A stretch of 64,000 nt of DNA from assembly GCA_038087875.1 (NCBI GenBank), contig CM075989.1:12958001-13022000 (forward strand), written 5' to 3'. Positions 37,181 through 49,829 of this stretch are shown here, piece by piece. A program made the position numbers and the translations under genes. Under the pieces are notes generated by a model, which did not search any database, had not been told where the DNA came from, and saw only the letters and a list, made by a program, of their open reading frames with translations. Within the stretch, counting starts at the first letter, position 1. Each line of letters opens with the position of its first letter. The DNA is from Malacoraja senta. Lineage: Eukaryota.

Positions 37181-37820
37181 GCAGACACCAAAGTTTGCAG
37201 ACACCAAAATTGGTGGTATAATGGAGGGTGAAGAAGGCTATCTAGAGCAACTGGGAAAGTGGGCGAAGGAATGACAGATGGAATTTAACCCCAAGGTGAT
37301 GGATTTTGGTAAGTTAAACCAGACCAGTACATACAGTGCATGACAGGGCGTTGGGGATGTTTGTAGAGCAGACAGACAGACAAATGCAGGTATGTGGTTC
37401 CATGAAAGCGGAATAGGTGTGGTGTTTGGCAGGGTTTTGGGCACAAAAGTTGGGATGACATGTTAAAAGACATTGATGAGACAGCACTTGGAGCATTGTG
37501 CGCAGTTCCGGTTGCCCAGCTATATGAAGGATGTAGTTAAACTGGAAATAGCGCAGAATAAATTCTCCAGGATGTTACCAGGACTGGAGACTGGAGTCGT
37601 AATGAGAGGGTGGAACTATATTTCGGGGAGCAAAGTTGTGACCTCCGAGGAGTTGATAAAATCATGAGGGGGCACAGATAAGATGGATAACCACAGCCTG
37701 TTCCCCAAGGCAGTCCCAGACCAGAGGGACAGGTTTAAGGCGAGGGGAAGGCATGGCTGGAGCTCGCCCCAGGAGTGCGGTATCCCGTGGAGGAGGCCGG
37801 CCCCGAGCTCGGCTACTCAC

Positions 37821-37889
37821 GAAGTGCTGGTAGAAACGGCTGAGCCGCGGCTTGCCGTGATTGTTAAACACCAAGATCGCCTTGATCAT
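37821..37889 (-). CDS. AP3S2: AP-3 complex subunit sigma-2, exon 1
   Basis: ATG at 37889; MIKAILVFNNHGKPRLSRFYQHF; gtgagt donor. The sigma-2 call rests on YKLIYRH, FHMDK, LQEVVM, NLS.FV and adjacency to ARPIN. Confidence 0.95.
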
Positions 37890-38120
37890 CCTCCCGGACA
37901 ACCCGCACCACTTCCGGACGGGCTTGCACCGCTTCCGGCTCCGTTGACATCAGCGCCTGACCGAGGGCGGCGGCGCCGTGCTGCCCCCTGCCGTCCTCCC
38001 CATGAGTTGACGTCGCGGCTCCAACATCTCACTAACGCGGATAGAGTGTATTCCTGTGCGCGGTGGCTTCTGGGCAAGGCGAACCACCATTGAGTCAGGA
38101 TGCCCAGAACGGCGTCTGGA
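37890..38120 (-). promoter_or_regulatory. AP3S2 CpG-island promoter (duplicate at 45728-45958)
   Basis: CpG-rich; two ETS/GABP-type CCGGAAG sites (37910-37917, 37931-37938) and a CRE-like TGACGTC at ~38008. Confidence 0.7.
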
Positions 38121-40381
38121 GCTCTAGCAGCGGAGAAATCGAATTTCAACCGAGATTTAATAGATTAAAAAAAACTCAGAAACTCAGCTTGTCAGGCGGT
38201 GTCCGTGGAGAAAATGGACAGACGATTGAAGAAAGGTCCCGGCCGGAAACGTCGCCTGTCCGCTTTCCTCCACAGTTACTGCCTGAGTGGCTGAGTTCTT
38301 CCAGCACTTTTTCTTTGTTCAGCATTTGAGCGTCTGCAGTTTTTTGTGTCTCCATTTAATAGAATGGAATTCTCTGCCTCCAAAGCAGATGCAGATCACT
38401 AGATATACAAGGTGAAGATGGATAAATATTTGAAAGATTGAGGAATTGTAGTACAGAAGGGCAGCTGTTGCCTACATAGGATCAGCCTTGATCATACTGA
38501 ATGCTCAATGGCCTGTCCCTGCTGTTTTGTGTTCTGATGCTGGATTACAATCAATACACCCACCATCTCTGTAGTTACATCCTTTAAGATCTGAAGCTGA
38601 CCATTATCCAGTAGACATTGGCCTTTAGCCTCATTATTGTCCAGTATTTCTCCTCAAGTGACATTAAGATTGTCTGAATTTACTCCAAAGCCCCCAATGC
38701 GTCAAAGTCATGCAGCATGGAAACAGGCCCTTTGGTCCCATCCAAACAAACTAGCCCCATATAGACGACGTCTATGACCCTGCCATCATCCACCGTCTTG
38801 GTTACTTCTTCAAAACGTTCTAAATCATGACACAACCTGCACAAAATCATGCTGACTATCCCTAGTCATCCCTTGTCTTTCCAAACGCATGTGTATCATA
38901 TCCCTCAGAATCCTCTCCAGTAACATTCCTACCATAGATGTTAGGCCTACTGGTCTATGGTTCACAGGTTTCTCTTTGCAGCTTTTTGATTTAGCTACAC
39001 TTGCACTAAGATGTCATCAGTAATGTGAAATACCTGATCCTATGAATCCATTACACCTGTCCCATCCAATAAAGCCTGCCATCTACACAACAGTGCAGCA
39101 CAGAATACAGATGAGAGTTCTCCAAAATGCTAACAGTAGCAGAGTGAAATTATTAAAGTACATTTGATAACTTTTATTCATTGAGGAAATTAAAATTTTG
39201 TTCAAATAAACAACAAAAGCATTAGAGTAAAAAAGTACAAATATATTGTTCACAGGCAAGCAAACATTAACAAAAGGATATTAAAAAACACTTAATAAAA
39301 AGCAGATTTTTCCATCGCATCTCTCAGAATTTCCTGTTTAAAGTTGGTTAATGCTGGGCCCAGCCCCGTCTGGAGAGGTTCTTTCCTGGCTCTGTACCAG
39401 TGGCTCAAATCAGCCTCAGCATCTCTCCCTCCTCAACATACTGACCTTGTTAACCCTTGCATCCCAAAAAGCTTCTGGTAGGGACAGCACACACTTGCTT
39501 CTATTCTTATCTATCCACACACTCGTGATATTTCCTGTAACAGGTTCACTTCCCTTCCAGAATCTGGCAAGGATTGAATCCACCTCTTCGATTTCACCTG
39601 GCTTCACCTCACCATCGCCTCCAGTGGCCCCTCTGTTGCAACTGCATCATCAGGCTACTTGTCCAACATCCAGTAACGGAGGAGTGGAAATGTCCTCCTA
39701 TTAACAGTGAAGGATGAAGCCATCATCTTCAACCCCGTCACAAACTCCATTCCCTGATGACTGACTATTCCTCTCTTTGAATATAAACTCTATTGTTTGC
39801 AACCTCATGTTGTACTCAGCAGAGGTCACTTATGAACCGCAAGCCTATTCCACACGAAGATAACCTGGTTTGAGCTCAGTAAATCACTAACTCTCACCCT
39901 GGTTCACTGCAGATCAATTCCCACCCAAACATATCACTGACATAACACTGCACTCGCTGACCAATATTCCCTCAGAGTTGTGCTAAAATTAATTTCAAAT
40001 AAAAGCAAAATTTCAACCTTTTTCCCCAGACATTGGTTTGCTGTCAGCTCATCAGTAACCCATATTCTCAGACTAAGCATAAAATGCCAAAGAAGAAGGA
40101 AGAGTGTAATTCAACACACACAACAGTGCTCGGGTTCAGGAAAGGCATTAGATACGCGATTTAGTTCAAAAGCAAAAAAAAAGCATAGAAGTTCAGATAT
40201 AACTTTCGAGCAAAACACCAAGCTTCTTTGAATAGTGTTCCACAGTTGGTAAATCCAAAGGGTCATAGAATCTAAGTAAATTTTAGTGCCAATTAAAGAA
40301 CGTCAAACGATGAGAGGGAGTGTAAAAAATAATGCGTTGTCAGGGCTGGTCATTTCATCGTCTCGCTGACTGCCTGGACCT

Positions 40382-40390
40382 TCAATCAAC
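40382..40390 (-). CDS. ARPIN: Duplicate of ARPIN last coding exon (VD*)
   Basis: Identical to 48364-48372; probably an assembly duplicate. Confidence 0.55.
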   Translation of the reverse strand, partial: VD

Positions 40391-40749
40391 CTGGAAGGCA
40401 AAAATAATTGTTAAAATTGTGCGGGGATCGCTGGTCGGCGTGTCTCAGTGAGCCAAAGGGCCTGTTTCCGTGCTATATCTTATATTAAATTAATAAATAT
40501 ATATAAATCACTAATGAAACGAATCACTCCTCAAATATAAAACTTGAACTGCTGAATTTAAAACAGTGTTTGTGTTTACAATACAGACATCAACCGTGCA
40601 CGCAAAGAAAAAATAAATTGGGAGGAATTGAGAGCCGGGGAACACATCTCCAACAACCCCTAGTTCTAATTCTTGGTTTTTCTGTTTAGAAAATGTTGTG
40701 ACATTCCACCAATACCTGAACTTGCATGTCTAGATCTTCATAAAGTTCT

Positions 40750-41070
40750 AAACGTTTTCCGCAGAGTCCATTCCCTCCGCAACTCCCTGGTCAACTCGTC
40801 CCTTTCCTCCCAAACCACCCCCTCCCCAGGTAATTTCCCCTGCAACCGCAGGAGATACAACACCTCCCCCTCGACTCTGTCCAAGGACCCCGACAGTCTT
40901 TTCAGGTGAGGCAGAGGCTCACTTGCACCTTCTCCAACCGCATCTACTGTATCCACTGTTCCAGGTGTGGACTCCTATATATCGATGAGGCCAAGCACAA
41001 GGCTCGGCGATCGTTTCGCTGAACATTTCCGCTTAGTCCACCTAAACCTACCTGATCTCCAAGTTGCTAC
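40750..41070 (+). mobile_element. Penelope-like GIY-YIG endonuclease remnant (duplicate at 48732-49052)
   Basis: SLRNSLV...PG.FPCNRRR, FQVRQR.TC..SN.IYCIHCSRCGLLYI.E, RLGDRFAEH. Confidence 0.85.
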
Positions 41071-41624
41071 TCTCAACCCAAATATTGATCTTCCTGATTT
41101 TGAGTAAAATAATTTCTCAGCATTGCTCGTCTCTTCCATTCCACCTTTCCTTCGTAAACGTAGAACTACGGAGGATTTAGTGTCAGTTTTGTTCACCCTG
41201 CCCTCTTTACCTGTAAAGACTATTAGATCAAACCCACGCACCTTCATTATGCCATCGATCTGGTTTGGAATACTGTGTGCATTCTGATAATGTCTTTGTT
41301 TTTTCCTTCTTTCTTTCGTTCCTTTGTATAAGTACTTACTCATCTTGGCAGTTTATAGATTCATGTTAGTCCAACTATAATTGACTAAAGAAAAGTTCAT
41401 TGTCTGACTGCAAAGTTTTCTGATCATTCATTTAACCAAATGCATTTAATGTTCTGTCCGATACAAATTTTTTCCTTACTACAGCAGGTTGGCTTCACTC
41501 TGCCAACTTCTTTGTGGTTCAATTCAAGTGACAATGAACTTCACAATCAGTTCACCTCTTCAAAATATCAGACACATTTCCCAATAGGAGTTTGTGAAGT
41601 GGGCATTTTCCATCGATAACTTAC

Positions 41625-41688
41625 CCACTCATCCTCCTCAGCACCCTCTCCTCGGCTGCTGCCTTTATCCTCTTGCTCGTTTTTAGAC
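41625..41688 (-). CDS. ARPIN: Duplicate of ARPIN exon 5, 3' part, cut by the gap
   Basis: SKNEQEDKGSSRGEGAEEDEW, identical to 49607-49670. Confidence 0.55.
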
Positions 41689-41888
41689 NNNNNNNNNNNN
41701 NNNNNNNNNNNNNNNNNNNNNNNNNNNNNNNNNNNNNNNNNNNNNNNNNNNNNNNNNNNNNNNNNNNNNNNNNNNNNNNNNNNNNNNNNNNNNNNNNNNN
41801 NNNNNNNNNNNNNNNNNNNNNNNNNNNNNNNNNNNNNNNNNNNNNNNNNNNNNNNNNNNNNNNNNNNNNNNNNNNNNNNNNNNNNNNN
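41689..41888. other. Assembly gap (200 N placeholder)
   Basis: Separates the two duplicated copies. Confidence 1.
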
Positions 41889-42297
41889 TGTTATAGTTCT
41901 GGCCTCAACTACCTCCTCTGGCAGCTTGTTCCATTTCCCGACCACCCTGTGTGAAAATGTTGTCCCTCAGGTTTCTGAACATTCACCAGAGTAGCTGCAG
42001 GATAAATTCATTCACACAAATGGTGTTAAATCTTGTTATTCATTATTCTAGGCAGTTGCAGAGATTTAGTCTCCAAGTTCATTCAAAACACAAATCGATA
42101 GGTTTCTCAGCAGGAAGAGTATTGAGTAAGGTGGGGGCAGTGAAGGAAAATGCAGCCAAGGTAAAGATCACCATGATCTAGATGGAGGCTTAATGGGCTG
42201 GGTGACCGACTTTTGGTTACTGGTCTCATGCAAAGACTGCGGCCCACTGTAAACCATCGCTCTCTGCTGGAACTTGTTTCTTGCTAGCACCACTTAC

Positions 42298-42389
42298 CTG
42301 CCACCTTCCAGAAAGTTGCAAACATTTTCATCTCTCCTGGACACCAGTTGGAAAGTTTCACGGATAATCTGCTGTTGCATATCCTCCGA
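42298..42389 (-). CDS. AP3S2: Duplicate of AP3S2 exon 2
   Basis: Identical to 34460-34551. Confidence 0.6.
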
Positions 42390-45300
42390 CTGAACACATA
42401 AAAGAAACACAATCAGTTGCAAAGAACGCAAACCCAAACTGCTCAACCCCTTTGTCCCAGAACCAGCTTGTGATCCTTATCTGATCCACTTCCAACTCGC
42501 GTATATAAAGGAGGCCACCACTTTATACCATATCTAGACATGGCCTCACCAACATCCTGCAGAGATGTTGCAGAACCTGTCCTTGGAATCTATAGTAACG
42601 ACAGATATGAGGTGGATGGAGTACATTGGCAATCCACACACAAGTTACAGCCAACGCAGCAGGACCGGTAACCTGGCCGAAGGCTCATCGGACATTGTAA
42701 CGGGGAGGGAGCTGGAGACATCGGATGTGAGGAGCATGGAGGGTGCACTGGCCTTAATGGTTGGCTACAGGAAGCATCCCCGGGACACAAAGAAGACCGG
42801 GAGAGGAGAGGGACATCTATTCATGGAAACTGCACCAGTACATCGAGCGCATGGGCCAACCGGAGTTTGGACTTTGAATAATGCCGCCAAAACATGGCGG
42901 CATCTGCATGTGTAAATATGGAAAAATAATTTTACTGTGCAGTTGCATATGTGACAAATAAAGCACTGTTGAACCATAACTTAAAAACATCTACCTTGTC
43001 TAATCTGATTTCTCTTGCACTAAACCATGTTCAATGTGCCAGTTTGGTTAAGACTTTCTCAATGTTCTGCTACTATTTCTCCACTCTTGGATGCCAGCTT
43101 TCAGACAGATGTTAGGCTGCATGGGTTGTATTTTCATACTTAATGACTCTCTCTCTCTCTCTGACACTCCCTCCTTTCTTGCATTGGGACGTTACATTTA
43201 CTGCTTCCAACTGGCTGGAACCCTGACTAAGGTACAGGCTGTTTGCCCTGTCCTGGCTGCCTGCAATGTAATAAAAACTCACATAAAACTCCCCTCAGCC
43301 TCTCTAATCCAAAGAATAACTACACCTCTATACAATTTAAGAATGTCATTGTCCCATCCGGGACATATGACAATAAAACACTCTTGACGACTTGAATTTC
43401 TCATTAAATCCTCGACAGTACTTTACATCCAGTCTTCAGGCTGGTTATCGAACTCTACCCGATATCCTAGCTGTGGCCTAACAAAAGATTTATGCAGTCC
43501 TGCACGGCCTCCTTTCTCTTCACTCGTGCTTCAACCAGTAAAGGCAACTAGCCGATGACACTCATATTACCTGCCCTTCTACCTTCAGGTTTGTGGAAAT
43601 GCAGTCAAGGTACCACTTTGCAAAATCCATAATGTATTCAGCATTCTCATGTCTTGGCCACCCCAAAATGCATCGCTTCTACCCATTAAATTTCATTTCC
43701 AGTGATGTCTTTCTGTTACCTAAACTATTTTTCCCCCTATCAACCTTCATCATCAGCAAACATGAATCATTGATGGATAGTAAAAATAAACCATGAAAAG
43801 CAAATGTACATAGAACAGTTCAGCACAGGAGCAGGCCCTTCGGCCCACAATGAAACTGCCATCTTCCCCTGAATAACAATGTATTTTACATTTCCATGAG
43901 AAAACTGATCCAAACTTTATTAAACACCAAGCTAAATCCATAAAGATCTCTTCAATCATGTTCCCTTCAACATTCCTAGTTCATAAAATAAAAATATGAA
44001 GCTGCAATCACTTATTACCAAATCAATGGAATTAAAAGGGTAACACTCCAATATTAATCACTAGACAGAGTGCAGACAGTGGGGGTGGACAATTAATTTT
44101 TAGACTGGTAGTATATAATAAGATAAGGAACAGAGGGAGGAGATCATTCCAGCCCTTAAGTATGTGGTCATTCATCATCTATTTTCCTGCCCTTTCACCA
44201 CAATTTCATTCAATTGTCCAAAACGTATCAATCTCTGTTCTGAATTAACTCAATGACCCAGCCTCTAGGGTAAGGAATTCCAAGGATTTGCCTCCCTCTG
44301 CGTCATAAAAGCTTGTATTAATGGTCTCCCCTTTCTTTGAGATTGTCACAACCTCAAAATCCCTTTTGACAAGGTCCTGCATGGTATGCCAGTCCAGGTT
44401 AAATTACATGGTACCCAGGGTGAACTAGCCAATTGGATACAAAATTGGTTTGGTATAAGGAGTCAGATTGGGGGCCTGTCATCAACAGTGTGCCGTTATT
44501 TGTGCATATTAATGATCTGAAAATGTAAGTGGTGTGATTAATTACAAGGTTAATTCCCGGGATGGCGGGACTGTCATTTGCTGAGAGAATGGAGCAGCTG
44601 GGCTTGTACACTCTGGTGTTTAGAAGGATGAGAGGGCATCTCATTGAAACGTATAAGATTGTTAAGGGCTTGGACACGCTAGAGGCAGGAAACATGTTCC
44701 CGATGTTGGGGGAGTCCAGAACCAGGAGCCACAATTTAAGAATAAGGAGTAAGCCATTTAGAACGGAGACGAGGAAACACTTTTTCTCACAGAGAGTGGT
44801 GAGTCTGTGGAATTCTCTGCCTCAGAGGGCAGTGGAGGCAGGTTCTCTGGATGCTTTCAAGAAAGAGCTAGATAGGGGTCTTAAAAATAGCAGAGTCAGG
44901 GGATATGGGGAGAAGGCAGAAACGGGGTACTGATTGGGGATGATCAGCCATGATCACATTGAATGGTGGTGCTGGCTCAAAGGACCGAATGGCCTACTCC
45001 TGCACCTATTGTCTATTTGCAGACACCAAAGTTTGCAGACACCAAAATTGGTGGTATAATGGAGGGTGAAGAAGGCTATCTAGAGCAACTGGGAAAGTGG
45101 GCGAAGGAATGACAGATGGAATTTAACCCCAAGGTGATGGATTTTGGTAAGTTAAACCAGACCAGTACATACAGTGCATGACAGGGCGTTGGGGATGTTT
45201 GTAGAGCAGACAGACAGACAAATGCAGGTATGTGGTTCCATGAAAGCGGAATAGGTGTGGTGTTTGGCAGGGTTTTGGGCACAAAAGTTGGGATGACATG

Positions 45301-45658
45301 TTAAAAGACATTGATGAGACAGCACTTGGAGCATTGTGCGCAGTTCCGGTTGCCCAGCTATATGAAGGATGTAGTTAAACTGGAAATAGCGCAGAATAAA
45401 TTCTCCAGGATGTTACCAGGACTGGAGACTGGAGTCGTAATGAGAGGGTGGAACTATATTTCGGGGAGCAAAGTTGTGACCTCCGAGGAGTTGATAAAAT
45501 CATGAGGGGGCACAGATAAGATGGATAACCACAGCCTGTTCCCCAAGGCAGTCCCAGACCAGAGGGACAGGTTTAAGGCGAGGGGAAGGCATGGCTGGAG
45601 CTCGCCCCAGGAGTGCGGTATCCCGTGGAGGAGGCCGGCCCCGAGCTCGGCTACTCAC

Positions 45659-45727
45659 GAAGTGCTGGTAGAAACGGCTGAGCCGCGGCTTGCCGTGATT
45701 GTTAAACACCAAGATCGCCTTGATCAT
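45659..45727 (-). CDS. AP3S2: Duplicate of AP3S2 exon 1
   Basis: Identical to 37821-37889. Confidence 0.6.
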
Positions 45728-47164
45728 CCTCCCGGACAACCCGCACCACTTCCGGACGGGCTTGCACCGCTTCCGGCTCCGTTGACATCAGCGCCTGACC
45801 GAGGGCGGCGGCGCCGTGCTGCCCCCTGCCGTCCTCCCCATGAGTTGACGTCGCGGCTCCAACATCTCACTAACGCGGATAGAGTGTATTCCTGTGCGCG
45901 GTGGCTTCTGGGCAAGGCGAACCACCATTGAGTCAGGATGCCCAGAACGGCGTCTGGAGCTCTAGCAGCGGAGAAATCGAATTTCAACCGAGATTTAATA
46001 GATTAAAAAAAACTCAGAAACTCAGCTTGTCAGGCGGTGTCCGTGGAGAAAATGGACAGACGATTGAAGAAAGGTCCCGGCCGGAAACGTCGCCTGTCCG
46101 CTTTCCTCCACAGTTACTGCCTGAGTGGCTGAGTTCTTCCAGCACTTTTTCTTTGTTCAGCATTTGAGCGTCTGCAGTTTTTTGTGTCTCCATTTAATAG
46201 AATGGAATTCTCTGCCTCCAAAGCAGATGCAGATCACTAGATATACAAGGTGAAGATGGATAAATATTTGAAAGATTGAGGAATTGTAGTACAGAAGGGC
46301 AGCTGTTGCCTACATAGGATCAGCCTTGATCATACTGAATGCTCAATGGCCTGTCCCTGCTGTTTTGTGTTCTGATGCTGGATTACAATCAATACACCCA
46401 CCATCTCTGTAGTTACATCCTTTAAGATCTGAAGCTGACCATTATCCAGTAGACATCGGCCTTTAGCCTCATTATTGTCCAGTATTTCTCCTCAAGTGAC
46501 ATTAAGATTGTCTGAATTTACTCCAAAGCCCCCAATGCGTCAAAGTCATGCAGCATGGAAACAGGCCCTTTGGTCCCATCCAAACAAACTAGCCCCATAT
46601 AGACGACGTCTATGACCCTGCCATCATCCACCGTCTTGGTTACTTCTTCAAAACGTTCTAAATCATGACACAACCTGCACAAAATCATGCTGACTATCCC
46701 TAGTCATCCCTTGTCTTTCCAAACGCATGTGTATCATATCCCTCAGAATCCTCTCCAGTAACATTCCTACCATAGATGTTAGGCCTACTGGTCTATGGTT
46801 CACAGGTTTCTCTTTGCAGCTTTTTGATTTATCAATTATGTTTAAAGCTTTGAAGACTGATCCAAAATAATTTAGAATCAATGTAATTTCCTCTACGCAC
46901 ATTTCCCTTAGCTTGTCTATTCCTTTTCATACACATGTAGCAGTTCTCACTATCTGCAGAGTATTAACATCTTGTCCTGCACAATGCTACACTTGCACTA
47001 AGATGTCATCAGTAATGTGAAATACCTGATCCTATGAATCCATTACACCTGTCCCATCCAATAAAGCCTGCCATCTACACAACAGTGCAGCACAGAAGAC
47101 AGATGAGAGTTCTCCAAAATGCTAACAGTAGCAGAGTGAAATTATTAAAGTACATTTGATAACT

Positions 47165-47170
47165 TTTATT
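47165..47170 (-). terminator. Probable ARPIN polyadenylation signal AATAAA (duplicate at 39173-39178)
   Basis: Ends a U-rich ~1.2 kb 3' UTR-like tract downstream of the ARPIN stop. Confidence 0.55.
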
Positions 47171-48363
47171 CATTGAGGAAATTAAAATTTTGTTCAAATA
47201 AACAACAAAAGCATTAGAGTAAAAAAGTACAAATATATTGTTCACAGGCAAGCAAACATTAACAAAAGGATATTAAAAAACACTTAATAAAAAGCAGATT
47301 TTTCCATCGCATCTCTCAGAATTTCCTGTTTAAAGTTGGTTAATGCTGGGCCCAGCCCCGTCTGGAGAGGTTCTTTCCTGGCTCTGTACCAGTGGCTCAA
47401 ATCAGCCTCAGCATCTCTCCCTCCTCAACATACTGACCTTGCATCCCAAAAAGCTTCTGGTAGGGACAGCACACACTTGCTTCTATTCTTATCTATCCAC
47501 ACACTCGTGATATTTCCTGTAACAGGTTCACTTCCCTTCCAGAATCTGGCAAGGATTGAATCCACCTCTTCGATTTCACCTGGCTTCACCTCACCATCGC
47601 CTCCAGTGGCCCCTCTGTTGCAACTGCATCATCAGGCTACTTGTCCAACATCCAGTAACGGAGGAGTGGAAATGTCCTCCTATTAACAGTGAAGGATGAA
47701 GCCATCATCTTCAACCCCGTCACAAACTCCATTCCCTGATGACTGACTATTCCTCTCTTTGAATATAAACTCTATTGTTTGCAACCTCATGTTGTACTCA
47801 GCAGAGGTCACTTATGAACCGCAAGCCTATTCCACACGAAGATAACCTGGTTTGAGCTCAGTAAATCACTAACTCTCACCCTGGTTCACTGCAGATCAAT
47901 TCCCACCCAAACATATCACTGACATAACACTGCACTCGCTGACCAATATTCCCTCAGAGTTGTGCTAAAATTAATTTCAAATAAAAGCAAAATTTCAACC
48001 TTTTTCCCCAGACATTGGTTTGCTGTCAGCTCATCAGTAACCCATATTCTCAGACTAAGCATAAAATGCCAAAGAAGAAGGAAGAGTGTAATTCAACACA
48101 CACAACAGTGCTCGGGTTCAGGAAAGGCATTAGATACGCGATTTAGTTCAAAAGCAAAAAAAAAGCATAGAAGTTCAGATATAACTTTCGAGCAAAACAC
48201 CAAGCTTCTTTGAATAGTGTTCCACAGTTGGTAAATCCAAAGGGTCATAGAATCTAAGTAAATTTTAGTGCCAATTAAAGAACGTCAAACGATGAGAGGG
48301 AGTGTAAAAAATAATGCGTTGTCAGGGCTGGTCATTTCATCGTCTCGCTGACTGCCTGGACCT

Positions 48364-48372
48364 TCAATCAAC
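48364..48372 (-). CDS. ARPIN: Arpin (Arp2/3 inhibitor), exon 6 (VD*)
   Basis: Strong acceptor ttatttttgccttccag|GTT GAT TGA; completes the acidic tail EEDEWVD (human EDEEWDD). Confidence 0.8.
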   Translation of the reverse strand, partial: VD

Positions 48373-49606
48373 CTGGAAGGCAAAAATAATTGTTAAAATT
48401 GTGCGGGGATCGCTGGTCGGCGTGTCTCAGTGAGCCAAAGGGCCTGTTTCCGTGCTATATCTTATATTAAATTAATAAATATATATAAATCACTAATGAA
48501 ACGAATCACTCCTCAAATATAAAACTTGAACTGCTGAATTTAAAACAGTGTTTGTGTTTACAATACAGACATCAACCGTGCACGCAAAGAAAAAATAAAT
48601 TGGGAGGAATTGAGAGCCGGGGAACACATCTCCAACAACCCCTAGTTCTAATTCTTGGTTTTTCTGTTTAGAAAATGTTGTGACATTCCACCAATACCTG
48701 AACTTGCATGTCTAGATCTTCATAAAGTTCTAAACGTTTTCCGCAGAGTCCATTCCCTCCGCAACTCCCTGGTCAACTCGTCCCTTTCCTCCCAAACCAC
48801 CCCCTCCCCAGGTAATTTCCCCTGCAACCGCAGGAGATACAACACCTCCCCCTCGACTCTGTCCAAGGACCCCGACAGTCTTTTCAGGTGAGGCAGAGGC
48901 TCACTTGCACCTTCTCCAACCGCATCTACTGTATCCACTGTTCCAGGTGTGGACTCCTATATATCGATGAGGCCAAGCACAAGGCTCGGCGATCGTTTCG
49001 CTGAACATTTCCGCTTAGTCCACCTAAACCTACCTGATCTCCAAGTTGCTACTCTCAACCCAAATATTGATCTTCCTGATTTTGAGTAAAATAATTTCTC
49101 AGCATTGCTCGTCTCTTCCATTCCACCTTTCCTTCGTAAACGTAGAACTACGGAGGATTTAGTGTCAGTTTTGTTCACCCTGCCCTCTTTACCTGTAAAG
49201 ACTATTAGATCAAACCCACGCACCTTCATTATGCCATCGATCTGGTTTGGAATACTGTGTGCATTCTGATAATGTCTTTGTTTTTTCCTTCTTTCTTTCG
49301 TTCCTTTGTATAAGTACTTACTCATCTTGGCAGTTTATAGATTCATGTTAGTCCAACTATAATTGACTAAAGAAAAGTTCATTGTCTGACTGCAAAGTTT
49401 TCTGATCATTCATTTAACCAAATGCATTTAATGTTCTGTCCGATACAAATTTTTTCCTTACTACAGCAGGTTGGCTTCACTCTGCCAACTTCTTTGTGGT
49501 TCAATTCAAGTGACAATGAACTTCACAATCAGTTCACCTCTTCAAAATATCAGACACATTTCCCAATAGGAGTTTGTGAAGTGGGCATTTTCCATCGATA
49601 ACTTAC

Positions 49607-49770
49607 CCACTCATCCTCCTCAGCACCCTCTCCTCGGCTGCTGCCTTTATCCTCTTGCTCGTTTTTAGACTTTGTAGCAAATATATTGTCTGTCCAAGAA
49701 TTTCCTGCCTTTTTATCACCTGCAAAGTTGCATTTGGTCACAGTTCCTGCATCCAATTTGGCCACTGTAA
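49607..49770 (-). CDS. ARPIN: Arpin, exon 5
   Basis: 164 bp; (L)TVAKLDAGTVTKCNFAGDKKAGNSWTDNIFATKSKNEQEDKGSSRGEGAEEDEW; gtaagt donor. Confidence 0.96.
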
Positions 49771-49829
49771 CTGAAAATCAAGTACTTGCATTACTGGAGA
49801 GCACTGCACACCCTCCTGTATTTCAATCT

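Larger units (their letters stand above)
34051..41688. repeat. Copy 1 of a ~7.7 kb near-identical duplication
   Basis: Matches 41889-49670 at offset 7838, then 7992, then 7982; ends exactly at the gap. Confidence 0.98.
41889..49670. repeat. Copy 2 of the ~7.7 kb near-identical duplication
   Basis: Starts exactly at the gap; has 154 bp extra (46832-46985) and lacks 10 bp present at ~39450-39459. Confidence 0.98.

Noticed and set aside
37890-37901. MSGR N-terminal extension of AP3S2 in the ORF track
   Set aside because: Starts at TTG; the conserved start is the ATG at 37889.
41889-49670. A genuine second AP3S2/ARPIN paralog
   Set aside because: Allele-level divergence and boundaries exactly at a gap favour an assembly artefact.
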